A stretch of DNA of 64,000 nucleotides from Bacteroidia bacterium (GTDB lineage Bacteria; Bacteroidota; Bacteroidia; SpSt-205): assembly GCA_039630245.1 (NCBI GenBank), contig JBCNVK010000005.1, forward strand, positions 47,648 through 111,647, written 5' to 3'. Below are positions 36,908-45,713 of the stretch, piece after piece. Made by a program: the position numbers and the translations under genes. Position 1 is the stretch's first letter. Each line of letters starts with the position of its first letter. The notes under the pieces were generated by a model. The model did not search any database. It was given only the letters and a program-made list of their open reading frames with translations, and was not told the DNA's origin.

Positions 36908-39823
36908 ATGCGCCTTCTATACTGGCTGGGGCTGGTAGGAGGATTAGGCGCGCAGGTGATTACGGGTACTGTCTATGATGCGGCTACCGGTGAGCCTCTG
37001 CCGGGTGCTACCGTACGCGTGCAAGGTACCAATCTCGGCGCCCTCACCAATGAACAAGGTAATTTCTCCATAAAAATAACCCAAAGGCTCCCAGTTTTTC
37101 TAATCGTCTCCTATGTGGGTTATGATACGGCTAAGGTGCTGGTTTCCGCCTTCAAGCCCCTGCGCATACCTCTGGGAGAAAAAGAAGTGCTCCAGCAGAC
37201 CGTGGAGATTGTGGACATTCGCGTCAGCCAAAAGCAGCAGGAGTCGCCCCTTACTATAGAAACGATGGATGCCTTAGCCGTCAAAGAAAGCGCTTCTCCT
37301 GACTTCTACGAAAACCTAGCAAATCTCAAAGGCGTAGATATTACCACGGCTAGCTTAGGCTTCAAGATTATCAATACGCGCGGCTTCAATAGCACGCGTC
37401 CCGTACGCACCCTTCAAATTATAGATGGCATGGATAATCAGGCCCCAGGATTGAATTTTTCCTTGGGGAATTTCGTGGGGGCTTCGGAACTGGATATTCA
37501 ATCCGTGGAGCTGGTGGTAGGGGCGCAGTCAGCCCTCTACGGTCCAAATGCCTTTAATGGCGTGATTCTTATGCACCTCAAGGACCCCTTTCTGCATCCG
37601 GGGACCTCAGTAAGCTTCAAGGTGGGGAATAGAAGTCTGGTCGAGACGGCCTTTCGCACGGTGCATGTACTTGGTTCAGCGGAGCGCTTTGCCTTCAAAC
37701 TTAGCGGTAGCTTCATGCAGGCGGAGGACTGGCCAGCCGATAATAGAGCCCCCACCGCTCAGTCCCTCGTAGGTCCAGATAATCCCGGCGGCTACGACGC
37801 CGTAAACCGCTACGGCGACGAAAACCCTGACCCACGCTCAAATAACTACGACGCTTCGGCCTATAGCCGATTCTTTTTCCCTGGCCTGGGGATTTACCAC
37901 CGCACAGGCTATTGGGAACGAGAACTGGTGGATTATACGGTCAAAAGCATCAAGCTCTCGGGCGGCCTGTATTACAAGCTCAACCCCGATCTGCGCGCCG
38001 AGTATGCAGCCAATTTCGGAACGGGTACTACCGTCTATCAAGGGGATAACCGCTACAGCGTACGCGATATCCTATTCTTCCAGCATAAGCTGGAATTTCG
38101 GGGAAAGGACTTTTACCTACGGGCTTATCATACGACAGAGGATGCGGGTAAGTCCTATGATATTGTATTTACAGCCCTTCTGCTTCAGAGGTATGTCAAG
38201 CCCTTGCTTCGCTGGAGCTTGGATTATCAGCGGGCCTTTATACCTTACTCAAATATCATCCGAAATGACCCCGATTTCCCCAGAACATTTGTGAATAATC
38301 CAAATTTCGATGCTCAGTATCAGTATGTTTTGAATAAGTATCGTGACTCTTTGTGGGTATGGCACCAGCGGGCACGAGCCTTTGCGGATGGGCCTGGAGG
38401 GGGACTGGGGTGTGATACCTGCCGCGCGCGGCTAGAGCCAGGCACCCCAGAGTTCAACGAAGTCTTCCAGCGCATCATCTCTAATCCCAGCTTTTTGTAT
38501 GGCGGAAGCCGATTTGTGGATAATTCCTCCCTTGTCCATTTTCAGGGCGGGCACGAATGGAAAATAAACCCCCACATTACCCTGCACTGGGGTGCTAACT
38601 ATCGTAAGTACTTCCCGCGCTCGTATGGGACTATTTTCTCTGATACCCTGATAGACCCGAATAACCCCGCCCTAGGTTATCGCCGGATTACCCTGTATGA
38701 GTGGGGGGTATTTTTTCATTTAGAAACGCGCTGGCTGGAGGGCGATAGGCTGCGTATAGGTATAGCGGGTCGGGCCGATGCCCAGCAAAATTTTGTTCGC
38801 GAGCGCAACATTTTAGACGGCTTCTCCTTAGAAAAGCTCCGCCGGGCTATAGCCGGTAATTTTATCTACTCGCCTGCAGTAATGATTACCTATGATCTGC
38901 GCCGGTTTCATACGCTCCGAATAGCCTATACGTCGGCTCTACGCTACCCCACGCTCCAAGACCAGTACCTCTACTACAACGTAGGACGCGCTATCCTCAA
39001 AGGCAACCCAAATGGAATGGGGGGGATCATTCCTTTGGAGAACCTTTACGACTTTTTAGCTACGGGCGATACCCTCAAGCTGAGGCCAATTTTTGTACCC
39101 GGCGTGCGCCCTGAGCGCCTGCGCACCTTAGAGATTGGCTATAAGGGAATTTGGAAAGAAAGGCTCTTCATAGATGCGGGCTACTTCTTTAGCTGGTATT
39201 GGAATTTTCTAGGGTTTCGGCTAGTCTCTACCGTGCCTGATCTCACTACTAATCAGCCTGTACAGATATATCGCCTTTCGGCTAATGCCTCAGATATTGT
39301 TACAACGCAGGGCTTTGCGCTGGGCATTTATTATTACTTTGCTAAAAAGTATGCTTTTTCCGCTAGCTACACTTGGGCCGTGCTCAATAAGGGTGGAAGC
39401 TGGATGAATGATGTGGCTAATACCCTTAACCGCCTAGTAGGTCGGACTGTGCTGCGTCCGATTCCTCCTCATTCGGATCCTATCATACCAGCCTTCAATA
39501 CGCCACCCCACAAGTACAATCTAGGCCTTAGTGCGCGTGATCTGATAGTGCGGATAGGCAGCCGAGAGATTCGGTATCTAGGCTTCAATGTTACCTGGCG
39601 GTGGGTGCATGGATTCTGGTTTGAAGGTTCGCCACAGTTTACAGGGTATGTGCCCTCTTATGGCACCTTAGATGCCCAGGTGAGCTGGCGCCCTGCCGCC
39701 ACACCTGAGATTACCTATAAAGTGGGCGGTACAAATCTTTTAGGCCAGCGTTTCTTTCAGGCTTATGGCGCACCTTTCATAGGTCGCATGGTGTATGCGG
39801 GGGTCTGGATAGAGCTTTTCTGA
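36908..39823 (+). CDS. TonB-dependent receptor with an N-terminal CarboxypepD_reg domain
   Basis: VITGTVYDAATGEPLPGATVRVQGTN (CarbopepD_reg). Plug region. 971 aa, ending in the aromatic ...VWIELF. Confidence 0.8.
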   Translation: MRLLYWLGLVGGLGAQVITGTVYDAATGEPLPGATVRVQGTNLGALTNEQGNFSIKITQRLPVFLIVSYVGYDTAKVLVSAFKPLRIPLGEKEVLQQTVEIVDIRVSQKQQESPLTIETMDALAVKESASPDFYENLANLKGVDITTASLGFKIINTRGFNSTRPVRTLQIIDGMDNQAPGLNFSLGNFVGASELDIQSVELVVGAQSALYGPNAFNGVILMHLKDPFLHPGTSVSFKVGNRSLVETAFRTVHVLGSAERFAFKLSGSFMQAEDWPADNRAPTAQSLVGPDNPGGYDAVNRYGDENPDPRSNNYDASAYSRFFFPGLGIYHRTGYWERELVDYTVKSIKLSGGLYYKLNPDLRAEYAANFGTGTTVYQGDNRYSVRDILFFQHKLEFRGKDFYLRAYHTTEDAGKSYDIVFTALLLQRYVKPLLRWSLDYQRAFIPYSNIIRNDPDFPRTFVNNPNFDAQYQYVLNKYRDSLWVWHQRARAFADGPGGGLGCDTCRARLEPGTPEFNEVFQRIISNPSFLYGGSRFVDNSSLVHFQGGHEWKINPHITLHWGANYRKYFPRSYGTIFSDTLIDPNNPALGYRRITLYEWGVFFHLETRWLEGDRLRIGIAGRADAQQNFVRERNILDGFSLEKLRRAIAGNFIYSPAVMITYDLRRFHTLRIAYTSALRYPTLQDQYLYYNVGRAILKGNPNGMGGIIPLENLYDFLATGDTLKLRPIFVPGVRPERLRTLEIGYKGIWKERLFIDAGYFFSWYWNFLGFRLVSTVPDLTTNQPVQIYRLSANASDIVTTQGFALGIYYYFAKKYAFSASYTWAVLNKGGSWMNDVANTLNRLVGRTVLRPIPPHSDPIIPAFNTPPHKYNLGLSARDLIVRIGSREIRYLGFNVTWRWVHGFWFEGSPQFTGYVPSYGTLDAQVSWRPAATPEITYKVGGTNLLGQRFFQAYGAPFIGRMVYAGVWIELF

Positions 39824-39839
39824 CCCTTCATACCTTTCT

Positions 39840-40415
39840 TTGTATGGACTAAGCTCGGGACTCATGGGATTTCTGCGGGCATGGGATGAGCAGCTCCTTT
39901 TATGGCTAAATCAGGCGGGTACGCCAGAGTGGGATGCGTTTATGTGGTATATTACGCAGACATGGGTTTGGGCGCCGCTTTTTTTGGGCTTAGGGATTTG
40001 GCTACTAAGACGCTACAAAAGGCGCACATGGGTGCCTATAGTTGGTGTTTTGGCTAGCGTGGGTCTGACGGATGGGCTTACGGGGCGGGTGCTAAAGCCC
40101 TGGGTGGCTCGCCTGCGGCCCTCCCATCAAGCGTCGCTCCGGCCTAGCTTGCGTATAGTTCGCGGCTATCGTGGGGGCCTTTATGGGTTTCCTTCCAGTC
40201 ATGCTGCTAACAGCGCGGCTTTGCTTAGCGCCCTCTGGGTGTGGTTGCGTCGCCCCCTACTCCTTCCCATAGGACTTGGCTGGGTAGTACTCCACAGTGG
40301 TAGCCGAGTCTACTTAGGTGTGCACTACCCTAGCGATATTTTGGCTGGGTGGCTAATAGGTGCTAGCGTAGGGTATCTCCTAAACCGCTTACTCCTAAAG
40401 TTTATATGGGTCTAA
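39840..40415 (+). CDS. PAP2-family lipid phosphatase
   Basis: The three PAP2 motifs are present: KPWVARLRP, PSSHA and GVHYPSDILAG. Confidence 0.8.
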   Translation: MYGLSSGLMGFLRAWDEQLLLWLNQAGTPEWDAFMWYITQTWVWAPLFLGLGIWLLRRYKRRTWVPIVGVLASVGLTDGLTGRVLKPWVARLRPSHQASLRPSLRIVRGYRGGLYGFPSSHAANSAALLSALWVWLRRPLLLPIGLGWVVLHSGSRVYLGVHYPSDILAGWLIGASVGYLLNRLLLKFIWV

Positions 40416-41326
40416 TGCAACACTGGGTATTGGGAGGCTTCATAGTCCTAGTGGGGTTCTACCTGCTATTAGACCTTGGGGTATTTCACCGAAAAGTACG
40501 CACCCTTACCTTTCGTCAAGCCGTCTGGCAGTCGCTTTTTATCGTACTTATTGCGCTAGCCTTCGGCATGTTTGTGCTGACTCAGAAGGGCATGGACGCA
40601 GCCTTAGAGTATTACTCGGCCTATTTCATGGAATACGCGCTCTCTATGGATAATGTATTCGTTATACTGCTCATCTTTCGGTATTTCTCCATAGAGCCGC
40701 CTTATTACCATCGGGTGCTTTTTTGGGGCGTGCTGGGAGCTATGCTCATGCGGGGTATATTTATATTTGCTGGCGTATTTCTGGTTCGTCGGTTTGAGTG
40801 GCTACTTTACATTTTTGGCTTATTCCTTATATGGGCTGGGATACGCAATCTTCTAGACTCTCAAAAGGAAGCACCCGACCTAAGCAAGAATTTACTGCTC
40901 CGATTCCTCAGCCGTTATCTTCGGATTACTACGGCGCCTCATCAGGGAAAGTTCATTCTAGTGCGCCGCGGTCGTCGCTTCTTTACCCTTTTAGCTCTGG
41001 CCCTTTTTATGGTAGAGATTTCCGACCTGCTATTTGCGGTAGATTCCATTCCCGCAGCCTTTGGAATTACCCGCGATGAAGAAGTTCTTTTTAGCTCTAA
41101 TATTCTGGCAGTTATGGGCTTGCGTTCTATGTTCTTTCTTTTGGCGGCCGTGGTAGAGCGCTTTTGGGCCTTAGAGTACGGCATTTCTATCGTGCTTATT
41201 GGGATTGGGCTCAAGATGTTTCAAGGACTTTTAGGCTTCCACATTAGTCCGGCGTTCTCACTCATTTTTATCCTAAGCCTGCTGGGTGGAAGTATTTTAC
41301 TTTCGCTAGCTTTTCCGCGCAGGTAG
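40406..41326 (+). CDS. TerC-family integral membrane protein
   Basis: YALSMDNVFVILLIF, and a repeated TerC core. Confidence 0.75.
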   Translation: MGLMQHWVLGGFIVLVGFYLLLDLGVFHRKVRTLTFRQAVWQSLFIVLIALAFGMFVLTQKGMDAALEYYSAYFMEYALSMDNVFVILLIFRYFSIEPPYYHRVLFWGVLGAMLMRGIFIFAGVFLVRRFEWLLYIFGLFLIWAGIRNLLDSQKEAPDLSKNLLLRFLSRYLRITTAPHQGKFILVRRGRRFFTLLALALFMVEISDLLFAVDSIPAAFGITRDEEVLFSSNILAVMGLRSMFFLLAAVVERFWALEYGISIVLIGIGLKMFQGLLGFHISPAFSLIFILSLLGGSILLSLAFPRR

Positions 41327-41330
41327 AGCT

Positions 41331-42158
41331 ATGGCGCGCCTTCTACCGCATAAGCGTTTGGGTGTAAAGGGCCCATGGTTAGTGCTCATTCATGGGTATA
41401 TGGTGAATGGGGGTATGTTTATGCCTGTGGAGGGTGCCTTAGCGCAGCACTATCGGCTCATTATTCCCGACTTACGGGGCTATGGAGGAGCCTGGAACTG
41501 GGAGGGACCCTATACGCTGAGTCAGCGGGCGGAAGATGTGATGGCGCTGATTTCGGCGCTAACTGAGGGTGAGCCCGTATGGGTTTTAGGCTATTCTATG
41601 GGCGGGGTGATAGCGCAGCTTTTGGCCGTGCGCTATCCCGAGCGGCTGGAGGGGCTTATTTTAGCCTGCACTTTCGCCTATAAGCCGAGTACGACTTTGG
41701 AGCAGTGGCAGGGGCGTCTATTGGGGCGGGTATTGCGCCTTCTCCCGCCCGCCTCTATAGCCAATCTGATCTATCCTCAGGCTTTTGGGAGCGAAACCTT
41801 TCCTGTAGAGGTGGTTGAGTGGTATCGGAAAGCGCTCCAATCCACACGCTTAGAGGTGCTCTTAGCGGATGCGGAGGAGATATTCCGCTACGATGGGCGG
41901 CCTTTCCTGCCTTCTATTCGGCATCCTACCTTAGTGATAGGAGGCACGGCAGATTTTATTGTGCCGGCCTATCACAGCCAGCAGATTAGCCGACTTATAC
42001 CGCAGGCGCAGCTTATTCTCTACAAGGGAGCTACGCATGCGCTTATTTTTACGCATCGGCGGCCTTTCGTAAGGGACGTACATCGGTTTATTCTATCGGC
42101 GGTTCATACGCCTGCAGTACCCAATCCGCACTCCGCCCCGTCTCAATCTCCTCAATAA
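41331..42158 (+). CDS. Alpha/beta-fold hydrolase
   Basis: VLGYSMGGVIA nucleophile elbow. 275 aa. Confidence 0.7.
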   Translation: MARLLPHKRLGVKGPWLVLIHGYMVNGGMFMPVEGALAQHYRLIIPDLRGYGGAWNWEGPYTLSQRAEDVMALISALTEGEPVWVLGYSMGGVIAQLLAVRYPERLEGLILACTFAYKPSTTLEQWQGRLLGRVLRLLPPASIANLIYPQAFGSETFPVEVVEWYRKALQSTRLEVLLADAEEIFRYDGRPFLPSIRHPTLVIGGTADFIVPAYHSQQISRLIPQAQLILYKGATHALIFTHRRPFVRDVHRFILSAVHTPAVPNPHSAPSQSPQ

Positions 42159-42711
42159 TCGCTTCTATAAGCGGCTCTTGGGCTGGGTCGTAAGTGAGCC
42201 TGAGGTTAGAGCCGTAAAGACGCGCGGTAAGCTGCCAGAAGGTAGCCTGTAAGGGGCCGGTATAATCTCGTATCAAGCTGTAGGCGTCAATACCCGTCTC
42301 GCGGTGGATGAGCTTGATAAGCAGTATGCCTTGAGTTACGGTCATTTCGCGGAAAATGGGTTCATAGCGCTCGAAGAGCTCGCGCCGCAGGCGCCGCGCA
42401 TATTTTTTGAAGTCGCGGCGGCTCAGTCGGGCTCTTTCGTTATCTACTTCCCGCACGATGCGCGCAGCTTCTTTAGCGAAGGGATAGACTAAATACACAT
42501 TTTGCCGCAGCCGCTGGAAGGCGCGCCACTGTTTGCGAGTCTCAGCGATGCGTTCGGGCGGTGGAGCCTGCGCGATAATTTCCACCGGCTCCATAAGATA
42601 GATTGGAATACTGTCAGGGCCTAAAAGGAGACGGCGCTGGGCTGAAGCCCAAAGTGGCAAGAAATAGAGAAAAGTTTTTCCTACCTTTGCCCAAATATGG
42701 CCCTGGCGCAT
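42088..42711 (-). CDS. DUF4294-like secreted protein (Bacteroidetes-specific)
   Basis: Signal peptide MRQGHIWAKVGKTFLYFLPLWASAQ. The start is chosen at this internal ATG. It overlaps the hydrolase 3' end convergently. Confidence 0.4.
   Translation of the reverse strand: MRQGHIWAKVGKTFLYFLPLWASAQRRLLLGPDSIPIYLMEPVEIIAQAPPPERIAETRKQWRAFQRLRQNVYLVYPFAKEAARIVREVDNERARLSRRDFKKYARRLRRELFERYEPIFREMTVTQGILLIKLIHRETGIDAYSLIRDYTGPLQATFWQLTARLYGSNLRLTYDPAQEPLIEAIIEEIETGRSADWVLQAYEPPIE
42682..42689 (+). promoter_or_regulatory. -7 box TACCTTTG, 7 nt upstream of the miaB ATG
   Basis: Matches TAnnTTTG. Confidence 0.4.
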
Positions 42712-44079
42712 GAACGGGTATTTGGGCAGCGGAGCGGGGCGAGGGGAGAGCCAGCGCCGTATAAAGCCTACATAGAAACCTATGGCTGCCAAATGAACTT
42801 TGCCGACAGCGAATTGGTTGCGCGGATTTTGCACAGCGTAGGCTATGGCTTTACTTCGCAGCCGGAGGAGGCCGACCTGGTGCTTCTTAATACCTGTGCT
42901 ATCCGTGAGCACGCCGAAGAGAAAATATGGCAGCGCCTAAAATACTTCCACTCGCTCAAACGTCGGCGGCCGCATTTAGTAGTGGGGGTATTAGGGTGTA
43001 TGGCTGAGCGCCTACGCCAGAAGCTCCTGGCCGAAGCGCCTGTGGTAGACTTAGTGGCCGGGCCGGATTCATACCGGCACTTGCCCCAGCTCCTGCGCCA
43101 AGTGGAAGGCGGTCATAAAGCCATTCATGTCCTTCTTTCGCGGGAAGAGACATACGCTGATATCGCTCCATTGCGCGTTTCCCCCTATAAGGTGAATGCC
43201 TATATTTCCATTATGCGTGGCTGTAATAATATGTGTTCTTTTTGCATTGTGCCTTTCACGCGCGGGCGCGAGCGCAGCCGTCCCTGGGCTACTATCGTGG
43301 AAGAGGCTAAATACTTAGCCGAAGAAGGCTATAAAGAGATAGTGCTACTTGGCCAGAATGTAGATTCTTACCGCGATGGAGAGGTAGATTTTGCGCAGCT
43401 TTTGGCGCGCGTGGCTGAAGCGGTTCCTGAGGTATGGGTACGCTTCGCTACCTCTCACCCCAAGGACATGCGTGACGAGGTTTTGGAAACTATTGCCCGC
43501 TATCCTAATCTAACGCCTTACATTCACCTGCCCGTACAGTCGGGCAGCGATACGGTACTTGCGCGCATGAATAGAGGCTATACGGTGCAGTGGTATCTGC
43601 AGCGTATAGAGGCGATACGCCGGTATCTTCCAAAAGCGGTCATTTCTACGGACATTATTGTGGGCTTTTGCGGGGAGACCGAAGCCGAGTTCAGGGAAAC
43701 TTTGGCGCTTATGGAGGCGGTGGAGTTTGATGCGGTCTATCAGTTCATGTATTCGGAGCGGCCGGGCACCTTAGCCGCGCGCCGCTACAAGGACGATGTG
43801 CCGCCCGCCGAGAAAAAAGCCCGTTTGGAGCAGGTAATTCAACTTGCCCACACCCTGAGCTTGAAACGGCATCGCACCCAAGTAGGCTCTGTCCAAGAGG
43901 TACTTCTAGAACGGCCAGCTCGTAAAAATCCCGCGGATCTAGCTGGACGAACCTTTTCAGGCTATCCAGTGGTAGTGCGGGACGCTGCGGAGAAGTATAA
44001 AATAGGCGCTAAAATACAGGTTCATATTACCTCAGCCACGCCTGCTACGCTTATAGGCTATGTGGCAAATGGTAACTGA
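42697..44079 (+). CDS. miaB: tRNA-i6A37 methylthiotransferase
   Basis: N-terminal KAYIETYGCQMN. Radical-SAM motif CNNMCSFC. A C-terminal TRAM-like region. Confidence 0.85.
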   Translation: MALAHERVFGQRSGARGEPAPYKAYIETYGCQMNFADSELVARILHSVGYGFTSQPEEADLVLLNTCAIREHAEEKIWQRLKYFHSLKRRRPHLVVGVLGCMAERLRQKLLAEAPVVDLVAGPDSYRHLPQLLRQVEGGHKAIHVLLSREETYADIAPLRVSPYKVNAYISIMRGCNNMCSFCIVPFTRGRERSRPWATIVEEAKYLAEEGYKEIVLLGQNVDSYRDGEVDFAQLLARVAEAVPEVWVRFATSHPKDMRDEVLETIARYPNLTPYIHLPVQSGSDTVLARMNRGYTVQWYLQRIEAIRRYLPKAVISTDIIVGFCGETEAEFRETLALMEAVEFDAVYQFMYSERPGTLAARRYKDDVPPAEKKARLEQVIQLAHTLSLKRHRTQVGSVQEVLLERPARKNPADLAGRTFSGYPVVVRDAAEKYKIGAKIQVHITSATPATLIGYVANGN

Positions 44080-45244
44080 GACGCCGCGCGAGGTAGCGCG
44101 CCGATTCCGCCTGATTGGCGAGGATCCCCTCCTACTGGAGGCCGTAGAGATAGCCATGCGGGTCGCCCCCACCGACGTGCCCGTCCTCATCTTAGGCGAA
44201 AATGGCACAGGCAAAGAAATTTTTGCGCACATCTTACACCAGCTGAGCCGCCGGCGGGATAAACCTCTGCTGGCTATAAACTGCGGCGCTATACCAGAAG
44301 GCACGATAGATTCGGAGCTCTTTGGCCATGAGAAAGGCGCCTTTACTTCCGCCTACGAGAGTCGCAAGGGTTATTTTGAAGTGGCTAATGGCGGGTCGCT
44401 CTTTTTAGACGAGATAGGCGAGATGCCTTTAGGCACACAAGCCCGCCTTCTGCGCGTCTTAGAGACTGGCGAGTTTCTGCGTGTAGGCAGCAGTAAGATT
44501 CAGAAAACGGATGTGCGCGTTATTGCGGCTACCAATAGGAATCTTGTCCAGCTTATTCAGCAGGGCAAGTTTCGGGAGGACCTTTACTATCGCCTCAATA
44601 CGATTACGCTGCACATACCGCCTTTGCGAGAGCGAGGGCAGGATATAGAGCGGCTTTTTGACTTTTTTGCCGAGGAGTTTGCCCGGCAGTATAAGGTGGA
44701 ACCAGTGGAGCTAGAGCCCGATGCGGTACGTCTGCTTTATGAGTATCACTGGCCAGGGAATGTCCGGGAGCTTCGCCATTTGGTGGAGCGGATTACGGTT
44801 ATAGAAGCGGGCCGGCGACTTAGTCGGGCGCAGCTGGAGCGCCATCTGCCAGCGCGGGAGACGCGCTTGCCTATGCGTTATGTGCCGCCTTCGCCGGCTA
44901 CCCAGCCTGAGCCAATTTCTGAGACTTCCTCTGGCCTCTACGCCCAATTAGCCAATCTGGAGCATCGCCTAATTCAGCTAAGCGAAGGGATGGCTACGAT
45001 TCAGCAGCTTCTGCGTGAGATAGGGGCGCGCCTCATGGCCGGGGAGACGCCGCGCCTACCCGCCCCAGCCTCGCCTCCCTCCGACTTGAATTTGGAAAAC
45101 AACGAGCAGCGCCTTATTCAAGAAGCTCTCCAGCGCGCCGGTGGGAATAGGAAATTAGCCGCCCGTCTTCTGGATATTTCCGAGCGTACCCTGTATCGTA
45201 AAATGGAGCGTTATGGACTTCGTCAAACGGTACGCTCCAGCTAG
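44060..45244 (+). CDS. Sigma-54-dependent transcriptional activator. It has a central AAA+ domain and a C-terminal HTH, with no N-terminal receiver or sensor domain.
   Basis: Walker A GENGTGKE. A GAFTSA-type sigma-54-contact motif: HEKGAFTSA. A C-terminal Fis-type HTH. Confidence 0.8.
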   Translation: MWQMVTETPREVARRFRLIGEDPLLLEAVEIAMRVAPTDVPVLILGENGTGKEIFAHILHQLSRRRDKPLLAINCGAIPEGTIDSELFGHEKGAFTSAYESRKGYFEVANGGSLFLDEIGEMPLGTQARLLRVLETGEFLRVGSSKIQKTDVRVIAATNRNLVQLIQQGKFREDLYYRLNTITLHIPPLRERGQDIERLFDFFAEEFARQYKVEPVELEPDAVRLLYEYHWPGNVRELRHLVERITVIEAGRRLSRAQLERHLPARETRLPMRYVPPSPATQPEPISETSSGLYAQLANLEHRLIQLSEGMATIQQLLREIGARLMAGETPRLPAPASPPSDLNLENNEQRLIQEALQRAGGNRKLAARLLDISERTLYRKMERYGLRQTVRSS

Positions 45245-45713
45245 CTTAGCCTTACTGCTAGGCGCTTGTAGCTATTCCTTCCGCAGTGGGGCCCTTCCGG
45301 CGGATGTGCGTACCATCACCATTCTACCCCTTACGAATGAAGCCGCCTTAGTAGTGCCTACTCTCACCCAGACCTTAGCTGAGGCCCTCCGCCAGAAGTT
45401 TATTACGCAGTCCCCTCTTGTGCTGGTAGCCACGCAGGGCGATCTTGTTCTACAAGGCCGAATCGTTGAATTCAAGCTTGCCCCCGTTGCTATTCAAGGT
45501 ACTCAGCAAGCCGCCCAAAATCGCCTGAGCCTTGTCCTCCATGTGCGCTGCACTAGCCTACGGTATCCTGAGATTTCGTGGGAACAAAGCTTTATGAATT
45601 TTGCGGATTTTCCGGCTGGGCAGTCTCTGGCTCAGGTTCAGGAGGTTCTGCTGGCCGATCTCTGTGATAGGATTGCCCAAGACGTAGTGAATAAGACGCT
45701 ATCGCTTTGGTAG
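45213..45713 (+). CDS. Small outer-membrane lipoprotein, LptE-like
   Basis: Lipobox LLLGAC. Its size and its position next to LPS-transport genes support the call. The family assignment is tentative. Confidence 0.35.
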   Translation: MDFVKRYAPASLALLLGACSYSFRSGALPADVRTITILPLTNEAALVVPTLTQTLAEALRQKFITQSPLVLVATQGDLVLQGRIVEFKLAPVAIQGTQQAAQNRLSLVLHVRCTSLRYPEISWEQSFMNFADFPAGQSLAQVQEVLLADLCDRIAQDVVNKTLSLW

